Assembly (NCBI GenBank): GCA_038046345.1
Contig: JBBSWJ010000029.1
Coordinates: forward strand, 1-55,350
From: Nanobdellota archaeon
Lineage (GTDB): Archaea > Nanobdellota > Nanobdellia > SCGC-AAA011-G17 > JACPNG01
DNA: 55,350 nucleotides
Direction: 5' to 3'
Below, piece by piece: positions 34,800 through 43,416 of this stretch. A model generated the notes under the pieces. That model was not told where the DNA came from and made no database searches. It worked only from the letters and a program-made list of their open reading frames with translations. The first letter of the stretch is position 1, and each line of letters starts with the position of its first letter. Made by a program: the position numbers and the translations under genes.

Positions 34800-35323
34800 G
34801 ATATGAAAATCATCTAATATTAAGAATTGGAATATTAGCCGGGCTGTTTGTTTTGCCAGCTGATATATTTTATAAGATTCTGTTAAAACCAACACTATTC
34901 ATAACTGAAAAAATTCTTCTAAAATATAATCCTATCGTTATAGGAACAAAGATAGTTATAGGGGAACATAGCCTTAATTTTGTTCCAGCATGTACAGCCA
35001 CATTAGCGTACTTGCTACTTGCAGGATTGGTGCTTACAACAAGAGATATGACATTAATAAAAGGATTGAAAGTATACTTTGTTGGTGGCACTATCATATT
35101 TATTGCTAATATTATACGTGTAGCAGGGCTAGCGGTATTATTAATAGAAAAAGGGTATAACACATTCAATAAAGTGCATTTATTTATCTGGGATGGACTC
35201 TCGAGTGTATTTGTGGTTTTAGTGTGGATATTCTTAGTGTATTATTTTAGCATAAAAGAAATCCCAATATACAGTGATATTAAGAAACTGATACGACACC
35301 TAAAGTTATCAAGGAAACAATAA
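34796..35323 (+). CDS. Miniature exosortase/archaeosortase-family protein (175 aa)
   Basis: Polytopic membrane protein. Candidate catalytic residues appear in the family order: FVPACTATLAYL (Cys), FIANIIRVAGLAVL (NxxR Arg) and KVHLFIWDG (His). Confidence 0.65.
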   Translation: MRYENHLILRIGILAGLFVLPADIFYKILLKPTLFITEKILLKYNPIVIGTKIVIGEHSLNFVPACTATLAYLLLAGLVLTTRDMTLIKGLKVYFVGGTIIFIANIIRVAGLAVLLIEKGYNTFNKVHLFIWDGLSSVFVVLVWIFLVYYFSIKEIPIYSDIKKLIRHLKLSRKQ

Positions 35324-35729
35324 TAGCAGCTATTAATACGCCTAAACTAATAGCACAAAAAGCCTTGGCTCTGTTCAAACCAAAAAACCAAGAAATAACT
35401 GAAGCAGTATAAGCGCCGGTTAATGGAAATGGGACCGCTGTGAATAATAAGATCGCAGTAAACTCAGCTTTAGTACCTATTTTGTGTTCAATCTTTTTCC
35501 TTGTTCTATCAATATACTTATTAAATAATTTGTTGTATGATACGTTATTCATAAATAAATGATGGAATTTATTCATAAAAAAATACACTAAAGGAATAAC
35601 TAAGATATTACCCAGTATTGCGATGATAATCACTAAAAAAAATGGGTCACCTGCTGTAAATCCATAAGGTATTGCCCCGCGCAACTCACTGATAGGCAGC
35701 AATGATAAAATAAATACTTTCCATAACAT
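35280..35729 (-). CDS. Small multidrug-export-like membrane protein (COG2426 / Sm_multidrug_ex family)
   Basis: LLPISELRGAIPYGF is the hallmark N-terminal motif. 149 aa with 4 TM segments. Confidence 0.7.
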   Translation of the reverse strand: MLWKVFILSLLPISELRGAIPYGFTAGDPFFLVIIIAILGNILVIPLVYFFMNKFHHLFMNNVSYNKLFNKYIDRTRKKIEHKIGTKAEFTAILLFTAVPFPLTGAYTASVISWFFGLNRAKAFCAISLGVLIAAIIVSLITLGVVSVS

Positions 35730-35834
35730 GAAACTGAATAATATTTTAGGTATTAAAGCATTTTGATGATTAAAACGTTTTTAATAATTGGTGAGCTGTA
35801 AAGTAAATGTCATGAGAAGAATCAAAAATAAAGC

Positions 35835-36182
35835 TTATACTATTCTGGTTTTAGCTACCTCACGCCAAGCAAGAAATGCAAATGCTCCAGCGATTCCACT
35901 AAAAGCGAAACCAAGCAACATTTCTCCTTCAGCTACGCGTTATGCAGCTTTATTTGCAGCATCAATCACTTTATCTGTCAGTTCTGGTGCTTTTAATAGA
36001 TGTGTCTGTAATACAGCAGTTTTCTCAATTGCGTAATTTAGGTAGCTCTGTGCTGAACAAGCAATACTAACACCTGTAAACACTCCGTAAAGAATTGCTG
36101 ATCTGCTCATTGTGCGATCAACTGATCTGTCGTGGTTTATAAGCCTTTGTTTTGTGCGGCATGGTTCGTGGTGATGGAGCAA
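35835..36182 (-). pseudogene. Small two-TM membrane protein interrupted by an in-frame TAA (35940..35942)
   Basis: The 80-aa ORF ends ...DKVIDAANKAA*. The same frame continues RVAEGEMLLGFAFSGIAGAFAFLAWREVAKTRIV* (a clean TM helix) to the stop at 35835..35837. The region is locally GC-rich. Confidence 0.4.
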
Positions 36183-36218
36183 TAAATATAAAAAACTTTA
36201 AATAAATAAACACTTTTT

Positions 36219-36710
36219 ATGAATTACATGACTGTTGCAATAAGAAAAGGATTGAGTTTTGGGCTAACTTCAGGTGTTATAACTACCCTTGGGCTAATAA
36301 TTGGATTAAACTCTGGAACGCATTCAAGACTGGTAGTTGTTAGCGGAATCTTAGTCATAGCTGTTGCAGATGGTTTATCAGACGCAATTGGTATACATCT
36401 ATCAGAAGAAACAGATAAAAAATCTAACAAAGCGGTATGGCAGACAACTATATCAACATTTTGTTCAAAGTTTATTTTTGCGTTAAGCTTTATGATACCA
36501 GTAATGCTGTTTCCATTAAATATAGCAATTTTAATTAGTATAATATACGGAATAACACTTGTTTGTGTATTAACTTACTACATTCAAGTCCAAAAAAATA
36601 ATAAACCATGGAAGATGATGCTTGAGCATGTGATATTAACATGTATAGTGGTTATTGTGTCACATATAGTAGGAAATGCATCAGCATCAATCAGTACCTT
36701 GAATTATTAA
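36219..36710 (+). CDS. VIT1/CCC1-family membrane protein (Fe/Mn transporter-like, short form)
   Basis: GLSFGLTSGVITTLGLIIGL and VIAVADGLSDAIGIHLSEE resemble VIT-family motifs. Confidence 0.6.
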   Translation: MNYMTVAIRKGLSFGLTSGVITTLGLIIGLNSGTHSRLVVVSGILVIAVADGLSDAIGIHLSEETDKKSNKAVWQTTISTFCSKFIFALSFMIPVMLFPLNIAILISIIYGITLVCVLTYYIQVQKNNKPWKMMLEHVILTCIVVIVSHIVGNASASISTLNY

Positions 36711-37553
36711 AATATCCTCTGTAGTCAACTTACCAGATTTTTTAAATTTTTCTTCAACTGACTTAGCTTTTTTCTTGATAAGCTCTTTTTCCTTCTTTTC
36801 TCTGATCTCTTTAGCTGTTTTTGCATAAGTGTTTATCTTATTTTCAATGGCAGAAAGCTGATCTATCTTAATCTTAAGTGTATTTTTGAATTTAATATAC
36901 TCATTTTTTTTATGAATAAACTCCTTCCAAGCTGTTTCTTGCAGTTTTTTTATATCAATTATTTTATTAGACAGCCCCCAGTATTCTTTTTGTTTTTCTT
37001 TGTTTGAACTTAAACTATCTAAAAGCTGTTTATGCGCATTGTCCGCTTTTTCCTTGATATCGTGTAGTAGAGAAGAAAGAATATTTATTTTAGAGAATAC
37101 TTCATTAAATTTTTCGTTCTCAGCGTATTTTCTTTTAAGTTTTTTAATGCGTTCAAGAACCCGCTGTTCCTGTTCATAAGAAAATGCTTCAATCTCTATG
37201 CTTTCCTCAAGACGAGCGATATCTGACTTTAAACTACCAAGAGATGGTTGCTTGTCTGAAGCAGAAGCTTGAGTGCGTAATAGTTTAATCTGCGATATAA
37301 TACTTTGAACTTGTGAGTTATATTTGTCACGCTCTTTCCTTAATGAACCGGCTGATTTCAGTTCATCAACAGGGCGTAATTTTTTTACTTGGTCGATATG
37401 ATCTTTTAAAACAGCATTTAAACGATCCTTCTCTTTGAATGCTTTTTCTTTAGCAATATGAAGGTCGGAAAGAATCTTTTTATCAGAAGCAATCTGCCTA
37501 GTTAAATCGTTAATATTCTTCTTAAGCTTTTGTTTTTCTTCTTCTAAAAGCAA
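36687..37553 (-). CDS. Archaeal coiled-coil protein (COG1340-like)
   Basis: 288 aa, almost entirely K/E/L heptad-like sequence. Lies directly upstream, by transcription order downstream, of the stalk operon. Confidence 0.65.
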   Translation of the reverse strand: MLLEEEKQKLKKNINDLTRQIASDKKILSDLHIAKEKAFKEKDRLNAVLKDHIDQVKKLRPVDELKSAGSLRKERDKYNSQVQSIISQIKLLRTQASASDKQPSLGSLKSDIARLEESIEIEAFSYEQEQRVLERIKKLKRKYAENEKFNEVFSKINILSSLLHDIKEKADNAHKQLLDSLSSNKEKQKEYWGLSNKIIDIKKLQETAWKEFIHKKNEYIKFKNTLKIKIDQLSAIENKINTYAKTAKEIREKKEKELIKKKAKSVEEKFKKSGKLTTEDILIIQGTD

Positions 37554-37591
37554 CTGCTACCTCTGATCCATCTTAACATAAAAAAGAATGG

Positions 37592-37882
37592 CTAACCAAA
37601 GAGAGCGCTCAATCCAACTGATGCGTCTTCAACTTTTGCTTCTTCTTTCTTTTCAATTTTCTTCTCAGCTTTTACTCCGCTAGCAGATGGTATTGCTGCT
37701 ACTGGTGCTACGGCTACTTTGATAACTTCATCAAGATTGACCCCGCTTAATGCTGCAATGAGTGCTTTAATCTTTGTTTCATCAACAGCAATTCCTGCGG
37801 CTTCAGCAATTTTTTTTAAGTTTGCTTCGTCAACTTTTTTGCCAGCTTTGTGCAAAAGTAGTACTGCGTATAGTAGTTCCAT
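37592..37882 (-). CDS. rpl12: Ribosomal stalk protein P1 (archaeal L12)
   Basis: Begins MELLYAVLLLHKAGKKVDEANL... and ends in the conserved stalk tail ...EDASVGLSALFG. GGAGGT lies 4 nt upstream of the ATG at 37882. Confidence 0.9.
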   Translation of the reverse strand: MELLYAVLLLHKAGKKVDEANLKKIAEAAGIAVDETKIKALIAALSGVNLDEVIKVAVAPVAAIPSASGVKAEKKIEKKEEAKVEDASVGLSALFG

Positions 37883-37895
37883 TGTTACCTCCCGA

Positions 37896-38702
37896 TTAGT
37901 TATTAGCTCCATTGTTTTCAAAATTTTTTTGATCTGTCACAGAATCTAAAGCGTTATATTCTTGAATAGCCTTGGTTAATAATGGTACAACTGTGTCATC
38001 AGTGATGTAATTTAAGTTAATTGCAACACTAATAGCTTCTGAGACAATAAGTTTAATGTTTTTTATAATCTGTGCTTCATCAATATTAAGTGTGTCTTTA
38101 CCATAGATTATTCCATGATCATATATAGCAAGAACATTGAGCCCAATTTCCATAGGTTCTATTCCTAATTTAGTCAGAAGATTTGCTGCTTTTTCTGATA
38201 TTACTGCTCCTTCCTTAACAAGTACTTTATCTTCTTTAACAGCAATTTTTCCGTTTTCTACTGAAGTTTTAATACCTAACTGTCCAAGTTCTCCGATGAT
38301 TGGACCAGGCTGGAATGGTGTTGGACCAGCAGTGATAATTAGATCTTTTGGAGCTGTTTGACCTGGTTTTGCTGCAGCAGAAGACTTGCTTTTTTTAATT
38401 TCGTTATATAACCGGAATGGGTCTTCGTTGCTAAGTATTAATGCCGGCATGCCGTCCATATAAGCTAGTAAGCTGCTTATGTTATCTTTTTTGATATCCT
38501 TAAATGCAATTACAATAAGACGCTTTTTAGCCATGAAAAAACTAGCTTTACCTTTAAGTTGTTGAATCATTCTCTGCAGTTGTAGGGAAGGAAGCCCGTT
38601 CATATTGACAATGCTAATAGTGTTATACTTTTTTACTAACTCTTTTATCCTGATAGTAACATCCTGTTTGTTTTGAGCTTTACAGCAAGTTTTCTCACTC
38701 AT
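37896..38702 (-). CDS. rplP0: Ribosomal stalk protein P0 (uL10), unusually short
   Basis: The N-terminal domain ...ISIVNMNGLPSLQLQRMIQQLKG..FFMAKKRL is typical of archaeal P0. ATG at 38702 after GGTGA (the ORF extends to a TTG at 38714). The protein ends ...DQKNFENNGANN without an acidic or GLxALFG tail. Confidence 0.85.
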   Translation of the reverse strand: MSEKTCCKAQNKQDVTIRIKELVKKYNTISIVNMNGLPSLQLQRMIQQLKGKASFFMAKKRLIVIAFKDIKKDNISSLLAYMDGMPALILSNEDPFRLYNEIKKSKSSAAAKPGQTAPKDLIITAGPTPFQPGPIIGELGQLGIKTSVENGKIAVKEDKVLVKEGAVISEKAANLLTKLGIEPMEIGLNVLAIYDHGIIYGKDTLNIDEAQIIKNIKLIVSEAISVAINLNYITDDTVVPLLTKAIQEYNALDSVTDQKNFENNGANN

Positions 38703-39351
38703 TTTCTTCACCAACCAATACCGGGTTAGACATAGTAAATTTTAAAAATATACTGCCGATATCTTCTTTATTGTGTGGAAGTGCCTGGGTTATTGCTTCA
38801 ATTATAGAAATAGCATTCTGAGCAAGCATATCATCGCTCATGGACTCTTTACCAATAACTGATTTGATAATTAGTTCTTTTTTAATTTGTAATCTCACTG
38901 TTTTTTTAAGTCGATCTTTAACAATATCTAGCTTAGCAGTTGGTGGGACAACACAACCAAGTTTAGGATTTGGCATCTTGCCGCGCGAACCAAGTATTTT
39001 ACCAAATACTTTTGCGATGTCAACCATTAAAGTAGATTGAGCTATAAAGTAATCATAATCTTCTGTTAACTTTTTAATATTTTTTTTGTCTAGATTACTG
39101 AAGTCACTTTTAAGAATGGTATGATCTAAGATTTTTTTTGATGCATCACTAAGCTCTTTGTCTACAAGCCCACATATTTTGACAGGTCTACCAATACCAT
39201 GCGGAAGCAATGCAGATGTATCAACTCTATGTTCTGGATTTTTGAGGTCTATCTGTAATATGTTAATGATGATATCAACAGACTGATCAAAATTACGTTT
39301 CTTTGATGATCTTAGTTTTTTTATTGCTGTTGTTAATAGTTTATTGTCCAT
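38695..39351 (-). CDS. rpl1: Ribosomal protein uL1
   Basis: Contains KKRNFDQSVDIIINL... and LPHGIGRPVKICGL.., as in archaeal L1. GGAGGG lies upstream of the ATG. Confidence 0.9.
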   Translation of the reverse strand: MDNKLLTTAIKKLRSSKKRNFDQSVDIIINILQIDLKNPEHRVDTSALLPHGIGRPVKICGLVDKELSDASKKILDHTILKSDFSNLDKKNIKKLTEDYDYFIAQSTLMVDIAKVFGKILGSRGKMPNPKLGCVVPPTAKLDIVKDRLKKTVRLQIKKELIIKSVIGKESMSDDMLAQNAISIIEAITQALPHNKEDIGSIFLKFTMSNPVLVGEENE

Positions 39352-39540
39352 AAAATATCCCTCCTACACTTGAGTAGTTGTAACGGGTTTATGAGTAGCG
39401 ATCTATAATGTTTATAATACTTTTGGTGAATTTTGAGTATTGTGTTATCCCGAAACTGCTTCCGTTTTGAGCTCATCCCAGACTTCTTGTGGTGTTTTGG
39501 ATATTTATTGCATCTTAAGAATCAAAAAACAACAATAGCC

Positions 39541-40254
39541 TTAAATTGTTGCTATGTAATAGAGCATGTATATACCTAAAGTGATTAAAAATAATCCTAT
39601 AAACAACCTCATTAAACCTTTATGTTCCTTCCTCCATTCTTCAAGCATTTTAGATGTTTTAGAGTAGTATGCCAAACCAATTATAACAAGCAATGGTAGT
39701 ATAAATATGATGTTATACAACACTAATAATGGAACTGCTTTTGCGTATGCCCCTTGGCTTATTAATGCTATTACCGCTAAATAAGGCGCTCCAGTGCATG
39801 GCAGTTCAACTAGCACTACAAATATTCCTAATGCTGCAGTTAAAAATATACTAAACGTAGGGTGGTGTTTTTGTATTTTTGCTATCTTATTTGTATACTC
39901 CTTTACTTTCCTAGCTCCGCCCGGTAACATTTGTAATGAGAACCATCTTCCATACCAGAAATAATCCTTTATTTCAGATAACCCTGCAAGTATGGCAATT
40001 ATTGCTGCAAACCAATAGAATCCTTTTGTAAAACCAAAAGATACTGTAAATTTAATTAATCCTAATCCAATCAAGAGATAAGTTACATATACTACTAATG
40101 TATAAAATAATCCGCCGATTAGCATTTTGTGCGGTTTGTTGTATACTTTAAACATGAAAGCTATCAAAAATATTAATACTCCAAATACACAAGGGTTTAT
40201 GCTATCAGCTAATGCCGCTATTATTAATACTCCCAAGGTTAGATTTTCTATCAT
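39541..40254 (-). CDS. ccdA: CcdA/DsbD-family thiol-disulfide electron transporter membrane protein
   Basis: AALADSINPCVFGVLIFL and VELPCTGAPYL supply the two conserved Cys. 6-TM layout. ATGA overlap with the VKOR gene. Confidence 0.8.
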   Translation of the reverse strand: MIENLTLGVLIIAALADSINPCVFGVLIFLIAFMFKVYNKPHKMLIGGLFYTLVVYVTYLLIGLGLIKFTVSFGFTKGFYWFAAIIAILAGLSEIKDYFWYGRWFSLQMLPGGARKVKEYTNKIAKIQKHHPTFSIFLTAALGIFVVLVELPCTGAPYLAVIALISQGAYAKAVPLLVLYNIIFILPLLVIIGLAYYSKTSKMLEEWRKEHKGLMRLFIGLFLITLGIYMLYYIATI

Positions 40255-41084
40255 TTAATTAATTCAAGACTACATCCGCTCATTTCAGCTAATTTTTCTG
40301 GGCTGGTGAAGCCGGATGTTCGTGTTATTTCTTCCCCATTTTTTTCTAAGACCCATGTTGGTGTTTTTTCTATTTTTTTGATTAAGCATAACTCTGTTTG
40401 TGCATTTTTTCCCTGAGGATGGCATTCAATTTCTTCTATATTTTTGAAAGCGTATCCAAATAATGTTCTTTGTTTTGCGCATGCGCCGCACTTAAATGAT
40501 CCGTACATTTTTACCCCAGCTTCATCTAAGCATATTGCAAATTCGTTGTAATCCCTGTTTTGCCCACCTATATTAAAAGCTATTAATGGTATTGTAAAAA
40601 TTATTCCAATGGTTATTACCCATGGTATGTATGTCTTAATCAATTCTTTTTTCTTAATGCTTTTCTTTGTATTTTTATTTATGTAAATTGATATGAACAA
40701 CACCGTGAGTATTATTATATGTAGTATTGTGCATAGTGGGCATATTGACCTTAATATTATCTCAGCCATTATCATGTATACAATAAATGTAGTTCCAATT
40801 AAACTCCACGCAACCAAACCTTTGTTATGTACTATCTTGTTCATACCATAGTGAGCTAGTAAGTAGAGGATTACAAACCATAAAGCTCCAAATAGTGCAA
40901 CTGGCACATTAAACAACTCAGAATAAATACTTGAGTTAACTAACGAACAGCTGATTTCTTCTCCAAAATCGCAAAAGCTTCCTTCAGTTATACCGGTGTA
41001 ATGATTCTTTACTAAATATAATGAGAGCAGGATGCCTATGACTGATAAAATCTTAACTACTCTTAATAGTGTTTTTCTGTTCAT
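40251..41084 (-). CDS. VKOR-family disulfide oxidoreductase fused to a thioredoxin-like domain
   Basis: Loop Cys pair (FCDFGEEISC), membrane CxxC (SICPLCTILH) and C-terminal Trx-like CxxC (FKCGACAKQ). Confidence 0.8.
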   Translation of the reverse strand: MNRKTLLRVVKILSVIGILLSLYLVKNHYTGITEGSFCDFGEEISCSLVNSSIYSELFNVPVALFGALWFVILYLLAHYGMNKIVHNKGLVAWSLIGTTFIVYMIMAEIILRSICPLCTILHIIILTVLFISIYINKNTKKSIKKKELIKTYIPWVITIGIIFTIPLIAFNIGGQNRDYNEFAICLDEAGVKMYGSFKCGACAKQRTLFGYAFKNIEEIECHPQGKNAQTELCLIKKIEKTPTWVLEKNGEEITRTSGFTSPEKLAEMSGCSLELIK

Positions 41085-41485
41085 TTAAAATTGAACCATT
41101 CTTTAATTTTAGCTGGTAGACCGTATAATGCTAGCAATGCTAATGGTGCCATAAAGTTTGAGGCTCTTTCAACAAAGTCCCATACTGGCTCACCGCTTAT
41201 TGGCCTTATTAAAGCTGTTATGAATCCCCATAATGCTGCGTGTGCTAGTATTATCCTCATCGGGAAAAACAGTGCAAATAATGCAGTTGTTACATCCATA
41301 ACACCAATTAATGGTAATAAGGTTCTAGCTGTTGTTTCTGTTATGCCTACTGCTGTAAAATAATGGATCCATCCTTCCTTTGTTTGCAGTGCAAATATTC
41401 CATGGCCCAAGAATGTTCCAAAAATACCCAACCGTAAAATCCACTCTGCTAGCTTTTCTTTTGGTACACCACTTTTTTTTACCAT
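41081..41485 (-). CDS. DoxX-family membrane protein
   Basis: ILRLGIFGTFLGHGIFAL and 4 TM segments. ATGA overlap with the VKOR gene. Confidence 0.65.
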   Translation of the reverse strand: MVKKSGVPKEKLAEWILRLGIFGTFLGHGIFALQTKEGWIHYFTAVGITETTARTLLPLIGVMDVTTALFALFFPMRIILAHAALWGFITALIRPISGEPVWDFVERASNFMAPLALLALYGLPAKIKEWFNFK

Positions 41486-41540
41486 GGTGTTAGTCTGTTT
41501 TTCTTATTTATATTACTTTCTTTTTTTGAAAATTTTATTT

Positions 41541-41990
41541 TTATTTTTTGAGAGCGAAAAGCCAACCTTTTTCTTTTTCAGTATCATACCAAATAGAATT
41601 AAATTTTTTGCAGGTTATTTTGTTGCGCTTGTCTTCTTTGTATAAGGAAGGATCGTTGAGGTATAAGAACTTTCCATAAACTTTATTTACAACAACATAA
41701 TGACCAAAGTTATTTATAGTATCAAACTGGCCAATGATGACTACCCAGTTATTAGAGATTAAATCCTTGATATCTCTGATTTTTGCGTTTCTCATTGTAG
41801 TATGGTTTATTCGAAAATGTTCAGCTACTAATGAAAAGTTTTTGTGAGGACTACCATGAGCTTTATTTGTTTTTAGAAGTTTGACAACTTGTTTTTCTGA
41901 TCTTTTGATACCAAAGTATTCAAGAGCCATTCTCATTGTTGCTGCACCGCAAGTCCAACATGTTTCCTGATGATAAAAAGGTATTTTCAT
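41541..41990 (-). CDS. Stand-alone peptidase C39-like (papain-fold) domain protein
   Basis: The N-terminal YHQETCWTCGAATMRMALEYFG carries Q...C, and the later FGHYVVV carries His. The order matches the C39 catalytic residues. Confidence 0.65.
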   Translation of the reverse strand: MKIPFYHQETCWTCGAATMRMALEYFGIKRSEKQVVKLLKTNKAHGSPHKNFSLVAEHFRINHTTMRNAKIRDIKDLISNNWVVIIGQFDTINNFGHYVVVNKVYGKFLYLNDPSLYKEDKRNKITCKKFNSIWYDTEKEKGWLFALKK

Positions 41991-42067
41991 TTTTCTTATT
42001 TATATGAATTAAAACTACTATAAAAATAATTCGGAAAATATAAAAGTATTAAAATCTTAAAAGAAAC

Positions 42068-42568
42068 ATGAATCAACAAAATTTTTTCTTAAAATACGGA
42101 ACTAAGCTTATGAAAAATAAGATTATTTCGATAACTGCAGCTGTTGCTTTAAGTTGCACTAATCTTGGATGTGTTGATAATACTAATTTAGAACAGTCTG
42201 TTTTGTATATTCCAACTGAAACTTACAAATTTAGTGATGGCATTACAGAATTTAAATCAAAGATATCACATGGCAGATGGATTGTTACTTTTCGAGGAGA
42301 GAGTGAGGGAAAGGTATGGTGCGCAGCTTGTGCTGAACTAGATCCAAATCTAATGAGTATTTTAGAAATGTATAGCAAACCCGGGCTTAGATACGGAGAG
42401 GTGGATCTTAATTATGATTTTAAGAATGCTGAAGCTATAACTGATAATTATGGGGTTGTGGCAGTTCCAACAACTTTATTTTTTAAAGATGGTACACTAA
42501 CCGGAAGGGTTGTTGGTGTTGGAAGCGGTGGCGAGTTTATTAGGAATATTGAAGCTGTTCTTAGATAA
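42068..42568 (+). CDS. Exported (lipoprotein-like) thioredoxin-family protein
   Basis: The N-terminal MKNKIISITAAVALSCTNLGC is signal/lipobox-like. Contains WCAACAEL (CxxC) and VPTTLFF (cis-Pro loop). Confidence 0.75.
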   Translation: MNQQNFFLKYGTKLMKNKIISITAAVALSCTNLGCVDNTNLEQSVLYIPTETYKFSDGITEFKSKISHGRWIVTFRGESEGKVWCAACAELDPNLMSILEMYSKPGLRYGEVDLNYDFKNAEAITDNYGVVAVPTTLFFKDGTLTGRVVGVGSGGEFIRNIEAVLR

Positions 42569-42601
42569 AGTATTTAAGTTATTGAGTTCTTTAATGATGG
42601 T

Positions 42602-43099
42602 ATGAATTCTAAACTAAAATTAATTGATGAAATCAAGAAAAAAATGCATGAGTTAAGACGAAATAACCCGAATATTAAGATAGTAACCACTAATGGTGCT
42701 TTTGATTTGCTGCATGTTGGGCATTTGAAGAGTTTAGAGGAAGCTAAGAAATGCGGTGATGTATTAATTGTCGGTTTGAATTCTGATTCTTCTATTAAGC
42801 AGTATAAATCTAAAGATCGCCCAATAATAAGTCAGAATGATCGTGCTAAAATGCTTTCTGCTTTAGAATGTGTTGATTATGTTGTTATTTTTGATGAGCC
42901 TAACCCGTGCAAGATGCTTGAAGCTATTAAGCCAGATTTTCATGTTAAATCTAAGTCTGGTTTTCTTGGTATTGAGAAAGATGTTGTTGAGAAAGGGGGC
43001 GGACGTGTTGTTTTGATACGTCCTGTTAAAGGTGTGTCTACCACAAATATTTCTAAAAGGATATTTGAGATATGCTCTAAAGAGATTAGAATTAAGTAG
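42602..43099 (+). CDS. Cytidylyltransferase-family nucleotidyltransferase (RfaE/HldE domain II-like or TagD-like)
   Basis: NGAFDLLHVGH is the HxGH motif, with GLNSDSSIKQYK..RPI also present. VSTTNISKRI is the ISTT motif. Confidence 0.8.
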   Translation: MNSKLKLIDEIKKKMHELRRNNPNIKIVTTNGAFDLLHVGHLKSLEEAKKCGDVLIVGLNSDSSIKQYKSKDRPIISQNDRAKMLSALECVDYVVIFDEPNPCKMLEAIKPDFHVKSKSGFLGIEKDVVEKGGGRVVLIRPVKGVSTTNISKRIFEICSKEIRIK

Positions 43100-43205
43100 T
43101 ATGACAGAATTTATTTAATGGCTCTTGGCGTAAACCTCCACAGTATGGGCATTTTTCTCCATCATCATGGTATGCCATACATGTGTTACATTGTTTACGA
43201 TTCAA
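43092..43205 (-). CDS. Possible 37-aa zinc-ribbon miniprotein (TTG start)
   Basis: Hand translation of the minus strand gives (L/M)NRKQCNTCMAYHDDGEKCPYCGGLRQEPLNKFCHTT*, with a CxxC-x11-CxxC motif. It is below the ORF-track size cutoff and overlaps the neighbouring gene's 3' end by 8 nt. Confidence 0.3.
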   Translation of the reverse strand: MNRKQCNTCMAYHDDGEKCPYCGGLRQEPLNKFCHTT

Positions 43206-43384
43206 AAATCACCCCGCATAATGTTATCTTTTTATTGTAATATTTAATATTTGGTTATCACTATTAGATTGTGTTGTTTGTTATCTGCATGAGATGAAGG
43301 TTTTTAGAATTATCATAAACTGATTTATTGGGATATTGATTTGGATTATACGTTCTGAATTGCTATTTTAGATATAACCGTTAA

Positions 43385-43395
43385 TTTTAAATATA
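43385..43395 (+). promoter_or_regulatory. TATA box about 27 nt upstream of ATG 43417
   Basis: TTTTAAATATA. Confidence 0.45.
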
Positions 43396-43416
43396 ACCAT
43401 TAAATTCACATGGTAT

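Noticed and set aside
35788-36036. 82-aa plus-strand ORF in the GC-rich patch
   Set aside because: Its translation is A/S/R-rich and looks like nonsense. The opposite strand encodes two clean TM helices, so the minus-strand reading is preferred.
39352-39540. L1 autoregulatory mRNA leader mimic upstream of rpl1
   Set aside because: A leader of about 35-60 nt with an SD sequence exists. However, I could not identify the 23S-like L1-binding helix by eye, so there is not enough evidence to call it.
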